A DNA stretch of 64,000 nucleotides from a virus (IMGVR_UViG_3300033166_000001:26654-90653); one strand, 5' to 3'; shown: positions 23,801-32,670, numbered from the stretch's first letter. Translations and numbers: made by a program. Notes: generated from the sequence alone by a model not told the origin.

Positions 23801-26800
23801 CTAAAGAAATTGTAGAAGGATGGGCCAATAGTGGGACTAAATTTACCACTGTAGGGGTTGATAGTCTAGAAGCTAGGGCTATGCAAGAGTTGGGATTAAC
23901 TCCTGATAAGGTAGATTTACCTTCTAGTAGAGCTATAGCCAGACAGGCTTTAGAAAATGCTTACATAGGAATACATGAGAGTGTGCTCTCACATCCAGAA
24001 GTTATTAAGAAATCTACACAACCTTTAGACAGGGATGATTTAAAGGATACTGGAACAGCTTATACTACTCCTAGTAAAAAGCCTATATTTATATCTAGGA
24101 AAAGACAACTAGATGATTATCTTATGCAGAGAGCTGGTAAAGAGGGTGTAGGTGTATATTCTAGAGCGGTAACAGGTGCAGCTGTTATAGAAGGATTTAA
24201 TGTAAGACTGGCTAAAGCATTTGATGGATTTGATGGTTATGCTCTACAAAAACTATCTGGTAATGGTACCTCTTTTTTTAATGATAATAAGAAACTTGTA
24301 AGAACTAAGGTAGATAATCTAGTTACTCAACAATCAGGAGCTGTAGATAATGCTAAGACTCCTGTATTGGATATGAATAACTTGAACATGCAAACCTTTA
24401 ATGTGGCTATTATCCTTAGCATGTTAGAGGATAGCAGAGGTAAAGCTTTAGATCTTAGATATAACTCCTACTTTCTAAGACAGGAGATTATTAAAGACTA
24501 TGTAAAGGAAATGCAAAATATTTCTGATAGTCTCAACGATGAGTTTGGTGAAGGTACTAGACAGGAGCAGGTTATAGATGCTTTAAAAGAAAAGTATTTA
24601 TCTAGAATAGACGGTAAAGTATATAAAAGAAAGAAAAAATCTTTTACGCTGAAAGAGCTTACAGATATGCTTATGGCTGAAGATACTAGTACTGTAGAGT
24701 ATGTAGAGGGACAGCTAGAAGTACTAGAGAGATTTTCAGAACTAGATAAAATAGGTAAGGAGTATAGTGATTTTCTTACAGCTATATCTACAGATAGTAA
24801 AGGATTTGGTAAAAGTTTCTGGGAAGTAGCCAAGAGAAGAGAACAATTAGACAGAGTATATGACTTTAAACTTATAGAGGGATTACAAGAAGTTATAGAG
24901 ACTGGTGAACATGGGACTATTGCTGGATATGTTAGACAGGTAGCAGATAACATGGGACAGCTATTTCCTTATGATAATCCTAATATAACCTCTATTATTA
25001 AGATTATTGAGCAGCAGTCAGGTAAAGATGATTATATAGATGTAGAGTTTAGAGAGAAAATATGGAGTAGTCTAAAATCTTTTATCTTTACTGATAAAAA
25101 GTTAGACCTTTCAACAGATAGGGATGAACTATTTTATGGAGAGAACTCTGTAGCTAAACAGGTTATAAAAGCTAAAGAGAGTTGGGGGATGAATAATTTA
25201 TTCCTTAATAAATTATCCCCAGTACTAGCCAAGAAACAAGGTATGCCTGATCTAGTTAACTTTGCAGCTGCTATAGTGGAAAGAACAGATGAGATTAATG
25301 TAGTGAGAGCCTTTACAGATCTACTAGTTAGTTCTAATGAAGAGGCTAGAAATTTAGGTGAAAACCTTATTAAGTATGCTTATGCTAAAGGAGGTATCCA
25401 AGAAGCTCTACAGTTTATCAAGTATATTCCTACAGCCTATTTAGCTACTACTAATTTTGCAGATAGAATAGGAACTAGTTTAAATCAGGTAGAACAAATG
25501 AGATTTATTGAACAGTTCTACCAGCATTATCCTCAATACTCTCCTAAGTATAACCAGGATATTAAGTTAGATGAAGAAAGGAATTTAATTGTAAACATTA
25601 AGGAATCAGATACTCTTCAGGATAAACTATATCTAGCACATAGAGATACTAAGGCTAAAGAATGGCTACTATTTAAGAGAGTTAAATTAGAAGGTAATAA
25701 AGCTTTCTATCAAAGAATTCCTTTACTTGGAGGTAGAGGTAAGAACTATACAGCTTATAATGAGTATAACTATAATGCAGAAGGTGTACAGATTTCTACC
25801 ATACCTACTAATAATCCCAAAGACATTGCCAATGTTGTAGAACCTACTACTAATCCAGCTGTAGATACTACAGAAGATAGGATTGTAGTAAAGAATACTT
25901 CTGTAATGGATAATAGAGTTGCAAGGTACCAATCCACTAAAACTGGTCCAGAAGGAGTTATAGATTTAGTAGATAAATTAGGTACTCCAAGATATAGGCT
26001 GCTAGGAGAAATTTTTTCAGAGGCAGCCTCTCTATTTCCAGCATTCTCTTTTAGTATTAATAGTAAACTTACTAATACTCAAGGAGTACCTGTAAGAGGC
26101 ATGTATGACAAAGGTAAACTAGTTATTAATCCTACAGAAATTAAAAACTATTATGAATTAGAAGGTAGAAAAGTAACTAAAGAAGATGTAGAAGGGGTAA
26201 TGATGCATGAACTTACTCATGCTGTTACATCTGAACTTTATAATGCTTACACACAAGGAAAATCTCACCCTTTACTAACAGACGCTGTTAAAAAAAGATT
26301 TGATAATCTAGCTACACTGTTTAAAGTATCTACCAGTAAACTTACCAAAGAAGAAAGAGCCATTGTAAATGCTATAGCAACTGGTAAAGTAAGTGCTATA
26401 AGTACTAATTCTGCTGAACAACAAAGACTTATACAAGAGTATTATGGGTTTACCAATGGTAAAGAGTTTATGTCTGAGGCTACTTCTAATCCTGTATTCC
26501 AAAGAAAGTTAAATGAGATACAGTTTAAAGAAGATAAAACTTTACTAGATAGATTCTTGCAGTTACTATCTGATCTATTTAAAGAGATAGGTGCGGCTAT
26601 AGGAATGGATGTTAATCAACAAAGTGTATTAGCGCATACTTTGATAGAAGTTGTAGCTTTAGTTGAAGATGTTAAAGGAACTAATAAAGATAATTTTAAA
26701 GCTATAAGAGATTATGAAGTATCTACTAGTAAGAAACAGTATACTTTAGAAGGTACTAATAAGGTAGTTGAAGGATATCCTATAGTAGTACACGATTTTA

Positions 26801-27180
26801 TAGAACTACAACTATTTGTATTCAAACAAAATAATGGTACTTGGAGAGTGTCAGAAGAGACTTCTGGAAGAGTAATGCCTTCATTTGAAGAAAAAACTAG
26901 AAAGGATACAGTAGATTCTGCAATATTTAAACTAAATGAGTATATAGCTAAAGAAGGAAGAACTTTTATATTAGAGACTATTCAAAGTAAACCTCTCACT
27001 AGACCTAAATCTTTTAAAGATCAAATTAATGATTTTACTGGAGAAGATTTGGCAGTGTCAGTTAAAAGTACTAACTTGCAGTCCTCTGTATCTGAATTTA
27101 TGCAGGGCTTAAATAAAGTAGAAAGGGAAGCCTTAAGAAGCCTAATGACCTCCAAGGATATAATTTTTAAATGTAAATAA
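14803..27180 (+). CDS. Giant virion-packaged RNA polymerase polyprotein with C-terminal zincin-like domain
   Basis: 4125 aa; GFRIPTQ (23443), GSDFDVDK DxDxD motif (23560-23577), HELTH (26206-26220); hallmark of crAss-like phages. Confidence 0.9.
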   Translation: MSLRESIAKKMELRDSITSNIQHPTNISMETFNTQIDAPIYDYRQEAVIGEHQLTSKYDKGLLPGVSQDSHRASNQKWYEQTANFIGQAALGEILGGTMMSIGALVEAPEMIYNYLTGEKNDWDNAIFSLGKNISDYSREAMPIYQTGERFGDWGWYMQGFTSAVSAVSMMVPGMAVSKGIGWVAKAMKLAATPSAIASTLLGAGAMRHSENFREAAELYQNFQLTPEEQETLVNKYKPAMEEEMMAAGVIFDPENPQAATQENIAKQEAIRTKYAKLLEEDIEAAKQMGTAMAYNANWINYGFDVLQLGAVLRPLKALTRGGTIGSKVAAAHDATVTGTKLLPKSWAGRVGRRIWDPAKVGLREWTEGVEELINTISAIEGERAARIELGVENDDGSTITDRVLGYLGEEEVQDAFIWGMLGGVIFKGASRAIGMDAGASINNRKLAEIANRSEHLKAYNANISAIRNGEKLADMEGNVIADYSKLTPKEKIREEELVIERMGFDKGLRSSQAGTMDIDVQWARDPKTAKTFIDMGMADETNVSEKINKFVQQMENAERIYQKHYMNLFESPITQTAKSILTQQNVALDQQLQQNQSELQRLQTDYNKILASDPFLVQNADNPDVMNSIKLLALQMAEVSLKETKTINKGSEFITKAIDESLASIAEVKKQYTTTKPVSLGNINMELVKNLAKTQVLTAYNEGINNELIRRADKKNIAKEAAKIDKEVELQREAVNKRAQELEEKETLEQEKTLKDLGYTKAQIDRMPTKKRQEIIEQAKVEEQTTLSTKSTSPSTSPAVTREVDWNNLIVNAVNERELDAIIDQMTEAGIEPDFATINKRREELTPKDNKKEKIADIERRRQEELSRETPIKNEMVKVDTGDGVLTFKVITYKDGSTRIKGFTESGETSLAGFKRINNYPTIEDFQDYLKYDFEENANGIIETKTVKDNYTDKQSLETKAAKEKTINAKYDAELAALEQEQVTEDSGLEPDNTDLMTLLNLPTDIETFEDGNTPPLSDKDIEDIENSINEEMESITPQMKRVNAIGIINLVRRHKQTSTGEKFSTTDEVLNPEALLLSSWKYFNPGDEVIVSVDTEYNGEVNTYTDGRQRLTKDGEAITERKTYGQLKADPDNLPIKVELKRGDVTTKVGYFPTTYWVGEKNADGSYVNIADEMAMEGNGDVQVEQMQQLRREIAAVEHGTKLSFKVTNSTPGSLFLTSKRVNGIREKNPISTNMPTFLELPIWANTPGVAPFTVFNKGFMINKDVRFPANMTVVKPENVDEVFPPGTIVMMVPSANAGVFIPRPVKLNRIPTPVAQGIAEVIKGYMTKNAEVAGKVFKTDQSIEGLKALKDYLEQFMYFSPVEDVRKNTSVFAKVGFDMETGTLIVASSIKHAEVQLNRFREKDFSDPKVQEEFDKQVTPLVEALTKLHITVRTTMINSQDKFFIPRLTKDGALDFTESTFNEYLSDNLLTDVLEKTTDEGEAVYAVQPVVEIKWDKEDKLDPKPKEPVQQTPDTPVIPTIDLSGLDVSDIVGEGDFAIGLGPNPTMSQLKTKLKGNGVLSNAGVKRFAAKLAKYNKENGTSHQYKAIPIGESASYKIELTLSNMPVNQWAKEQRDAIKKDDFGLTVGDYAIGVPQANKISELAYSYLVSDGEYTFTAEKQQAITSTITNSVFAKLLEAEEVGEQITVREAFDSAKKQFTNLLKGLNKVNTVATLENFKDIKPQLQSQGWGFIQSYEHLQFLIEEISRVTKDDVFRQFTLQVQDNLRKLDITAREEETSLDAEGNETTLERTWEDGAYLKMFAKDSAVRKVKLALGKIRDTKLNYLGLPAYVPFDTVFDDIMSILSSKPISNTIEQNSRVLRDIALNNPYKAYLSQVADLLDNPDVTQSLKNNFQSVIMRNNNDFVFLIWNKGDKGWTFKPMDANRNNVVSRIVDSWNENFVRSPLVKEVNGEKVLDKQAVKDKGYTIEDVKNLDTLEKKKAFTERLFLDLGLGIDPSALEKLFNSLNLVKDFGKGFPGGFGAQFGFTAKNEPNGLISSLVHALNIEQAVEEGDSLFEVNNPFVGKNSERAAKYLAGIAANYSELIFSDSHRNINGDTVNNYAFYTPETLRIKAIHNPEVRARLRTQAITHNSFFLRELDRGKEIKYHLEDGMRQEGRSDSGVGRGKMSSREQRLLAIGLFQQINPQYVGLTHSDKSLTPIVSAPKLGLSISSEYITVVDGIPQISVEALPNRVRTEIQELIIAERNRIREIGDKIRELGEEVAKRELGEQYFEGSQYFYFFPELNNIVRENGVVSLAQLNNLDALVDSAMSTMVDTINDTIKEWYEDGTIYQDKKVWKTRFNQAYINSTPKYTNLPFEAMVAHAAVDMDINYAIFNANMMSVVQGDPAQTFKKSKKKGATAIDHVETTLEEYQKREAKDMAPGALGYWGWSTNVGGNMYKAPSNYGVAYINDVTYGTLMDGYLSTLEAYTGKLDRTDAQELTTVEEHIDVMFSYGKIPDNIYQSVKAKILANKGGKYKLTPEEKRFVLQPMKPVQIVRTWNPTFGVEETHYIKSSSFPLLPELVAGTDLDVIRKAMETSTSNGNRGVQRLAYKTAVKVGHKRLNTLFDSKGVVNKTVEFTDDDIVVLDREGFFIQQEVPYKEGDHRIVTGSQMNKLLFQGLGDNFTFNFQDKEYTTKQLKAIKESVRVELFKMSEREIHNKLGMELVDGIPTFINLAALRESLIDEAKKRGWGLNDIDALRIVDGAVVIPFAFNNSAPRIESMILSIFNGIIKQKMNGKSLVQGTDVGLRQTREFNEDIDTIGGENGIVLIRDGNGKLLFDKQKGLQYSDISKDGVKLAQVFMPWKYEGELKNFINDKGELDTSKIDPELLKQIGFRIPTQGHSSMLMIQVVGFLPKEMGDLVLVPGEITKQMGSDFDVDKLFNYIYNAILSDEGKLIRVPNEKVVKVDEEGNVEVDRKELRLWIKQTYNTRYKNGWAIADKVSEYLKDTDTPLTSKEIVEGWANSGTKFTTVGVDSLEARAMQELGLTPDKVDLPSSRAIARQALENAYIGIHESVLSHPEVIKKSTQPLDRDDLKDTGTAYTTPSKKPIFISRKRQLDDYLMQRAGKEGVGVYSRAVTGAAVIEGFNVRLAKAFDGFDGYALQKLSGNGTSFFNDNKKLVRTKVDNLVTQQSGAVDNAKTPVLDMNNLNMQTFNVAIILSMLEDSRGKALDLRYNSYFLRQEIIKDYVKEMQNISDSLNDEFGEGTRQEQVIDALKEKYLSRIDGKVYKRKKKSFTLKELTDMLMAEDTSTVEYVEGQLEVLERFSELDKIGKEYSDFLTAISTDSKGFGKSFWEVAKRREQLDRVYDFKLIEGLQEVIETGEHGTIAGYVRQVADNMGQLFPYDNPNITSIIKIIEQQSGKDDYIDVEFREKIWSSLKSFIFTDKKLDLSTDRDELFYGENSVAKQVIKAKESWGMNNLFLNKLSPVLAKKQGMPDLVNFAAAIVERTDEINVVRAFTDLLVSSNEEARNLGENLIKYAYAKGGIQEALQFIKYIPTAYLATTNFADRIGTSLNQVEQMRFIEQFYQHYPQYSPKYNQDIKLDEERNLIVNIKESDTLQDKLYLAHRDTKAKEWLLFKRVKLEGNKAFYQRIPLLGGRGKNYTAYNEYNYNAEGVQISTIPTNNPKDIANVVEPTTNPAVDTTEDRIVVKNTSVMDNRVARYQSTKTGPEGVIDLVDKLGTPRYRLLGEIFSEAASLFPAFSFSINSKLTNTQGVPVRGMYDKGKLVINPTEIKNYYELEGRKVTKEDVEGVMMHELTHAVTSELYNAYTQGKSHPLLTDAVKKRFDNLATLFKVSTSKLTKEERAIVNAIATGKVSAISTNSAEQQRLIQEYYGFTNGKEFMSEATSNPVFQRKLNEIQFKEDKTLLDRFLQLLSDLFKEIGAAIGMDVNQQSVLAHTLIEVVALVEDVKGTNKDNFKAIRDYEVSTSKKQYTLEGTNKVVEGYPIVVHDFIELQLFVFKQNNGTWRVSEETSGRVMPSFEEKTRKDTVDSAIFKLNEYIAKEGRTFILETIQSKPLTRPKSFKDQINDFTGEDLAVSVKSTNLQSSVSEFMQGLNKVEREALRSLMTSKDIIFKCK

Positions 27181-27181
27181 T

Positions 27182-30100
27182 ATGGCAATTTGCTGGGTAG
27201 AAAGTACAACTAATCCAACTCTCCAAAAGTATTTAGAGGGCTTTGGACAAAGAGAAGGTTTAGAGAGATTTATTAAAGAACTTGCAGGTACAGATGTAAT
27301 TGCTGATTATGCTGTAAGTGTAGTTAATCCAGATACTGAAGATATTGGATATGGTAAAGTTGTACAGCATCTTACTAAGACTTTAAGAACTAAGTATGAT
27401 AGATTGGATAAGGCTAATATAGCCTTAAAAAATGCTAATAAAGCAGATGATCTAGATAAGATAAAAAAATATAAGAAAATTAAGACTAAGCTTATAGAAG
27501 ATATAGGTATTCTTAAAGAGCAGATAGAACAAACTAAGAATGCAGATGATGTTAAAGTATTAGAGGAAATAGCTAATAAACAATTAGATTGGCTTAATGC
27601 TTTATTTGAACAAGAAACTTTATCAGAATCTGAGATTACTGAGGCTAATAATGTTATAGATACCTGGAGTAATATTAAGGATATTTTATTTGATAAAGAT
27701 GAGATTATTGGGGAAGGTGCCTTAGAAATATTATCAAGAATAGAAAATAGGATTAACTCAGAGGATTTTAGCCGTAAATGGTGGAATGCTATGGGGGATT
27801 ATTTAGCTGTTCTAGGTAAGTATAAAGATAGTCAAACACTCTTTACAGACTTTTACAAACTTGAAGATATTAGTTCTTTAAGAGGTTGGATATTAGGAGC
27901 TTCAGATACAGGTATAAAACTTATAGGAGAAACTGATAGGGCTATAAGAAACTCTTTAAATAGAGCAGATGTTGAAAAAGCTGCTTGGTCTAAAAAGATA
28001 AAGGATAGTTTTAAAATTCTTAGAGATAAAGGAAAGTATGATGATTTTGTAGACCTTACCTTTCAAAGGAATGCTAGAGGAGAGATATCAGAAAATGCAG
28101 GTATGGTTGGAGAGTATGCTCAAGTATATTGGGATAATATAAGTAAAATGTCTGAGAATGCTCGTGTAGCTTTCTATAAAGCTAAAAATGATCCTACCAA
28201 TAAGAAAGCCCAAATACTTGCTAAAAAAACTTTATCTGCTAAAAATAAATGGCTTAGAGAGAATACTATTCATGTGGATGTAAGATTCTTTAAAGATCCT
28301 AATTTTATTACAGAGAGTGGAAAATCTTTTGCTACACACAAGGCTGATCTAGAAAATGTATTAGGTAAAGAGAAAGCTGAAAGAGCCATTGAAAAAGCTA
28401 GAGACAGATATAATCAATTTTTAGAAGCTAGAGAAGATGCTAATACCTACTTTGAAGATGAAATAGCTTCAGGAACAATTAAGGTACCAGAAGGTGTAAC
28501 TAAAGAAGCGCATCTAGCAGATTTAATGGAAGAATGGGATTTAAAGAATAATCCTGAAGTATGGTTTAGACAGGCAGAACCTGGTAATACTACTTTTACA
28601 CAGTATGCTAATAGGTGGACTTATACTATACCTAGAAGAATAGGATTAGATGGTAAGGAAACTGGTTACTATGATAAGAATTATGAGAAGATTATGAGTG
28701 ACCCAGATATGGCTGAGTCTTTTAATCTTACCAAAGAATTTATGGATACTATGCTAGAAGGTATTCCTCCTTATTTAAGACGAAATATACAATCTAATTT
28801 TCTACCACGGATAAAGAAAGATCTTGTAAGAGAGTTTACTCTTAAAGGCTCTTTAGGAGCTATTACAGCCCTTTATGATAGATTTAAGGATAGTCTAACT
28901 AGTAGAGAGGGTACTGCCTATAATGAGATAGATCCTACCACGGGACAGCCTTATAAGCAACCTCCATTGATAGGTTTATCTCCAGTAGAATTAGCTGAAA
29001 GAAGTATGGACTTGGAAAAAATACTTATGGTGTTTGGGGAAAGTGCTCTTAACTATAAGTATAAAGCAGATGTTCTTGATAAGGTAATGGTAGTAAATAA
29101 GTTTCTAGAGATGATTAGTAAGGATAAGAATAGGAAAGAGTTTACTAATGATGAGTTACCCCTTTTAAGGAATATGCTAGACTATACTGTAGAGGCTCTT
29201 ATATTTGAAAATGCCAGAAAGGAAGAGGGGGTAATAAAGCAATGGAGATTCTTTAAAGGTAATGCTGTACTAGTTAAGGATAAAGCTTTAGAACTAGAAA
29301 TAGATGCAGAATTACAAAAACTTAGAAAAAAGAAAGCTGGAGAAGATGCTTTTAGAATTATTAAAGAAAAGTATGGGGATGCTGTAGAGATAGTTAGTCA
29401 AAAGGCTAAATATAGAGTTTTAGAAAAACAAAAAGCTGATTTAGAAGAAAAACTATTTAATAAGGAAATTACAGAAGAACAGTTTGACGAAGCTGTTAAA
29501 CCTATAGAAGAAGAAGCTAATAAGTTGGGTAAGAGTGTAGTAGCTTCTAGAGTGGGGGATGCAGGTATGAAAGTAGTACAGGCTCAAGCATTCTGGTTTA
29601 ATCCATTTTCAGCTTTTAACAACTATATGTTTGGTATTACTTCTACGGCTATGTGGGCATCTGGAGGTAGGGACTTTACAACTAAAGAGTTTAGAAGAAG
29701 TTTTGGTGTAATTACCAAATCTATGTTTAAACTTAAAGATAAACAGCTAGATAAAGCAGCTAATATGATAATAAAGTATAATGCTTTATCAGAATCTAAA
29801 GACTTTAAAACGGATAAAGGCAATGAATCTCTCAACAAGATTAGTAATTGGCCCTATATACTCTTAACTAAAGGAGATTACTTTATTAAGGGGCAAACAT
29901 TAGTAGCCCTTATGATGTATAAGAAGATTACTACTAAATCTGGAGAACAAATATCTTTATGGGAAGCCTATAATGATGATGGTACCTTTAGACGAGAATT
30001 ATTTGATGATGAAACTAATAATTTATGGGACGGAGATGCTAGACAGGAAACTCATCTAGGAGAATATTTGGCCTTTAAGAATAAAGCAGATGCTGTTATA

Positions 30101-30775
30101 AAGAAACTACATGGTAACTTTGATCCTAAGTCTCCTTCACTACATAAGAAATATGTGCTAGGTAGAATGCTGGGACAGTTTAGAGCAAGCTGGGTGGGCG
30201 TAGGTATAGAGCAAAGATTTGGCCAAAGACAAATGGATCCATATTTAGAAAGGGAAGTGGAAGGTAGATATAGAACAGTTTTTACACTAGGATTTTCTAA
30301 ATCTATAAAAATCCTTACTAGACTGGCTTTAGGTAGTTACTATAAAGGGGATCCTTTACAAGGAATAAGGTCTCAGGATAGAGCTATAGTAGAAGAAAAT
30401 ATGAGGAAGAACCTTATGGAGATTTACATATATTCTGTAATATTTGCCATAATGTTAACTATGAAACATATATCTAAAGGAGGAGATGAAGATGATTATA
30501 AGTATAGATTAGTTTATAATATGCTTTGGAGAGTAATGGGAGAAACTACTTTCTATCTATCTCCTAAAACATTTGTGGAAATAGTTAGAGACCCTCTACC
30601 TATACTACAGTTAGCTAAAAGGGCTAGAGGGTTACAAACAGGAGCAATGGATTTACTATTTGAAGAAGATCTTACAGATAGTGAAAGACAGAGAAGCATA
30701 CTAAAAATCACAAATACTTTTCCAGGTGTTAATGCTATAAATAAAGGATTCTATGCTACTCAGAGATTAAGATAA
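27182..30775 (+). CDS. Large internal virion protein (third ejection protein)
   Basis: 1197-aa helical ORF coupled to the RNAP gene; last gene of the + block. Confidence 0.6.
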   Translation: MAICWVESTTNPTLQKYLEGFGQREGLERFIKELAGTDVIADYAVSVVNPDTEDIGYGKVVQHLTKTLRTKYDRLDKANIALKNANKADDLDKIKKYKKIKTKLIEDIGILKEQIEQTKNADDVKVLEEIANKQLDWLNALFEQETLSESEITEANNVIDTWSNIKDILFDKDEIIGEGALEILSRIENRINSEDFSRKWWNAMGDYLAVLGKYKDSQTLFTDFYKLEDISSLRGWILGASDTGIKLIGETDRAIRNSLNRADVEKAAWSKKIKDSFKILRDKGKYDDFVDLTFQRNARGEISENAGMVGEYAQVYWDNISKMSENARVAFYKAKNDPTNKKAQILAKKTLSAKNKWLRENTIHVDVRFFKDPNFITESGKSFATHKADLENVLGKEKAERAIEKARDRYNQFLEAREDANTYFEDEIASGTIKVPEGVTKEAHLADLMEEWDLKNNPEVWFRQAEPGNTTFTQYANRWTYTIPRRIGLDGKETGYYDKNYEKIMSDPDMAESFNLTKEFMDTMLEGIPPYLRRNIQSNFLPRIKKDLVREFTLKGSLGAITALYDRFKDSLTSREGTAYNEIDPTTGQPYKQPPLIGLSPVELAERSMDLEKILMVFGESALNYKYKADVLDKVMVVNKFLEMISKDKNRKEFTNDELPLLRNMLDYTVEALIFENARKEEGVIKQWRFFKGNAVLVKDKALELEIDAELQKLRKKKAGEDAFRIIKEKYGDAVEIVSQKAKYRVLEKQKADLEEKLFNKEITEEQFDEAVKPIEEEANKLGKSVVASRVGDAGMKVVQAQAFWFNPFSAFNNYMFGITSTAMWASGGRDFTTKEFRRSFGVITKSMFKLKDKQLDKAANMIIKYNALSESKDFKTDKGNESLNKISNWPYILLTKGDYFIKGQTLVALMMYKKITTKSGEQISLWEAYNDDGTFRRELFDDETNNLWDGDARQETHLGEYLAFKNKADAVIKKLHGNFDPKSPSLHKKYVLGRMLGQFRASWVGVGIEQRFGQRQMDPYLEREVEGRYRTVFTLGFSKSIKILTRLALGSYYKGDPLQGIRSQDRAIVEENMRKNLMEIYIYSVIFAIMLTMKHISKGGDEDDYKYRLVYNMLWRVMGETTFYLSPKTFVEIVRDPLPILQLAKRARGLQTGAMDLLFEEDLTDSERQRSILKITNTFPGVNAINKGFYATQRLR

Positions 30776-30810
30776 GTTAGTAGAAATTTTTTAAGAGGCA
30801 AGAGCAAAGA

Positions 30811-30840
30811 AAAAAGGGAGATTATTCTCCCTTTTTATTT
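30811..30840. terminator. Bidirectional intrinsic terminator at the convergence of the two gene blocks
   Basis: AAAAAGGGAGA-TTAT-TCTCCCTTTTT perfect inverted repeat with A/T tracts on both sides. Confidence 0.8.
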
Positions 30841-31091
30841 TCTAAAGGCAATGTTTCAAATTTATATACGTTTTCATCTAAATCTTTAGAGTAACCATAA
30901 TAACCTTCAACATCTGTAGGATATACATAACCTCCGCTTCTTCCACATATAGCAATAGGTTTTTGAGTACTTAATAAAAAGTCACCATCAGATACGATAT
31001 GTACAAAATCTTCGTTGTATTCATTAGTTACAATACTTTCCTCTGGAGCACCTTTTAAAAACTCTTTTAATTGTTTTACTGTTAGTGACAT
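30822..31091 (-). CDS. Hypothetical protein
   Basis: 89-aa ORF in a tightly packed operon. Confidence 0.6.
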   Translation of the reverse strand: MSLTVKQLKEFLKGAPEESIVTNEYNEDFVHIVSDGDFLLSTQKPIAICGRSGGYVYPTDVEGYYGYSKDLDENVYKFETLPLENKKGE

Positions 31092-31092
31092 A

Positions 31093-31341
31093 TTATTCTC
31101 CCTTTTCTTTTATTTCTTTTCTTAATCTTGCAAGATCTTTCTTTATAAGATTGTGTGTTTTCACACTTATTTCTAGCTCAATTTCTTTTAATACTCTTAA
31201 AACTCTTTCACGTTCAACTAACAATATTTCCATATTCTTAAAATCTTCTTTTGAACAGTAAAGTTTCCTCCTTCCTAAAGCTAGTTTATCTGAAACTGCT
31301 TCTAAAATTTCAGTTTCTGAATTATAATATACTTTAATCAT
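31093..31341 (-). CDS. Hypothetical protein
   Basis: 82-aa ORF with coupled start/stop. Confidence 0.6.
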   Translation of the reverse strand: MIKVYYNSETEILEAVSDKLALGRRKLYCSKEDFKNMEILLVERERVLRVLKEIELEISVKTHNLIKKDLARLRKEIKEKGE

Positions 31342-32144
31342 TACTCTCTCCTTTTAAATTTTTTCCACTGTTCCAAACATCCTTCACATTGATATGGATA
31401 TAATGTAGGGGACATAGACGCTCCAAAACTTAACATATCCTTCTTACTATACATTGGTTTATTATCTTCAATATATTTCTCTGCTGCTTCTTTTGTTGAA
31501 AAATACTTAAATTCTTTAGCCACATATCTACTTACAAATGCGCCACTTAATATATCATAGTCTCCCATAACACAGTAAAAACTATCTCCTTCAAACATTT
31601 CTTTACCATCTTCAGTAATTAAGATAGGTTCTTTATAATGTACTGCCCAATCTAAACAAGTTCCATAATCTTTTCCGCATTCTAGCCAGGGAATACTTCT
31701 TTTTGAAAACTCTGACACCCCACTATCATCTAAAGAAATACCAGTTATTTTCCTTACCCCTCCAGCTCTAAGGTCTAATTTATCTCCAACAGAAAATATT
31801 TCCCCATCCTTTCTTTTTATCGAGTGAATAGAATTAGGATATTCTTTAAGTAACCATTCTAAAGTACATTCCTGTATGTTTTTTCTATTTCCCCATCTAC
31901 CGTGGTTATTACATGTTACAAGACTATTATCTATGTTTAAATTAAGTATTTCATAGTCTTTTTCAACTACTTTTTCCCAAAATTCTGGATTATTTTCTAC
32001 ACGAGAAGAAATAATTCTCATATGTGTGTGTTTATCACTACAAGGAGAATATAAATCATGTGCTTTACTGTTTTGACTTACTTCCATTCCAACTTCCCAA
32101 TCTTTAGGAAGTGAGGGGTACCATTTTTTGAGTTTATATTTCAC
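31341..32144 (-). CDS. Modular hypothetical protein
   Basis: 267 aa; FSVGDK and KYFSTKEAAEKYI modules. Confidence 0.65.
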   Translation of the reverse strand: MKYKLKKWYPSLPKDWEVGMEVSQNSKAHDLYSPCSDKHTHMRIISSRVENNPEFWEKVVEKDYEILNLNIDNSLVTCNNHGRWGNRKNIQECTLEWLLKEYPNSIHSIKRKDGEIFSVGDKLDLRAGGVRKITGISLDDSGVSEFSKRSIPWLECGKDYGTCLDWAVHYKEPILITEDGKEMFEGDSFYCVMGDYDILSGAFVSRYVAKEFKYFSTKEAAEKYIEDNKPMYSKKDMLSFGASMSPTLYPYQCEGCLEQWKKFKRRE

Positions 32145-32437
32145 TCTAATTCCTCCTTCATTTTATCTGCTACTTTTAGTATACTTTGTTCATCTACTCC
32201 ATATACAGGCAGTATAACAGTTTTACCATTATTTGCCGGTAATGTTTCAATACTCAATTCCTCATGGTCTACTACTTCTACAATACCTTCTTCAGCACAA
32301 ACTCTACAAGTTTCTTCAATAGCATCAATTTGAGCAGTCTTAATTACTTCTAATAAATATGGTTTGGTAACTTGCCAAGCAGTTCCTATATGATATTTTT
32401 CTTTAATATCTTCTAAATATTGTTCAGCTTTTTTCAT
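32141..32437 (-). CDS. Hypothetical protein
   Basis: 98 aa, ATGA-type overlap. Confidence 0.6.
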   Translation of the reverse strand: MKKAEQYLEDIKEKYHIGTAWQVTKPYLLEVIKTAQIDAIEETCRVCAEEGIVEVVDHEELSIETLPANNGKTVILPVYGVDEQSILKVADKMKEELE

Positions 32438-32670
32438 ACCATTAATTTTTCAAAATCTTCTTTAATAATTTCTTCCATTATTAGAGAACCTTTATGTGCT
32501 CTACATTTAGCATTTCCAGCATAATAACCTTCTTTAAAAGCTTCAAATTGAGATTGTACAACTATTTCTTTAATCATACTAGGAGATACATCAGTTAAAA
32601 AGTTTTTACACACTTCTTCCCAAGATCCGCAACCATAATGATTATAAATTATTTCTTCAGCTTTTCCCAT
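32434..32670 (-). CDS. Hypothetical protein
   Basis: 78 aa, overlapping neighbours. Confidence 0.55.
   Translation of the reverse strand: MGKAEEIIYNHYGCGSWEEVCKNFLTDVSPSMIKEIVVQSQFEAFKEGYYAGNAKCRAHKGSLIMEEIIKEDFEKLMV

Noticed and set aside
807-29838. Many short opposite-strand ORFs in the track (e.g. 2082-2519, 20301-20993, 35005-35307, 47344-47680)
   Set aside because: They lie wholly inside long genes on the other strand and have no recognisable motifs; shadow ORFs
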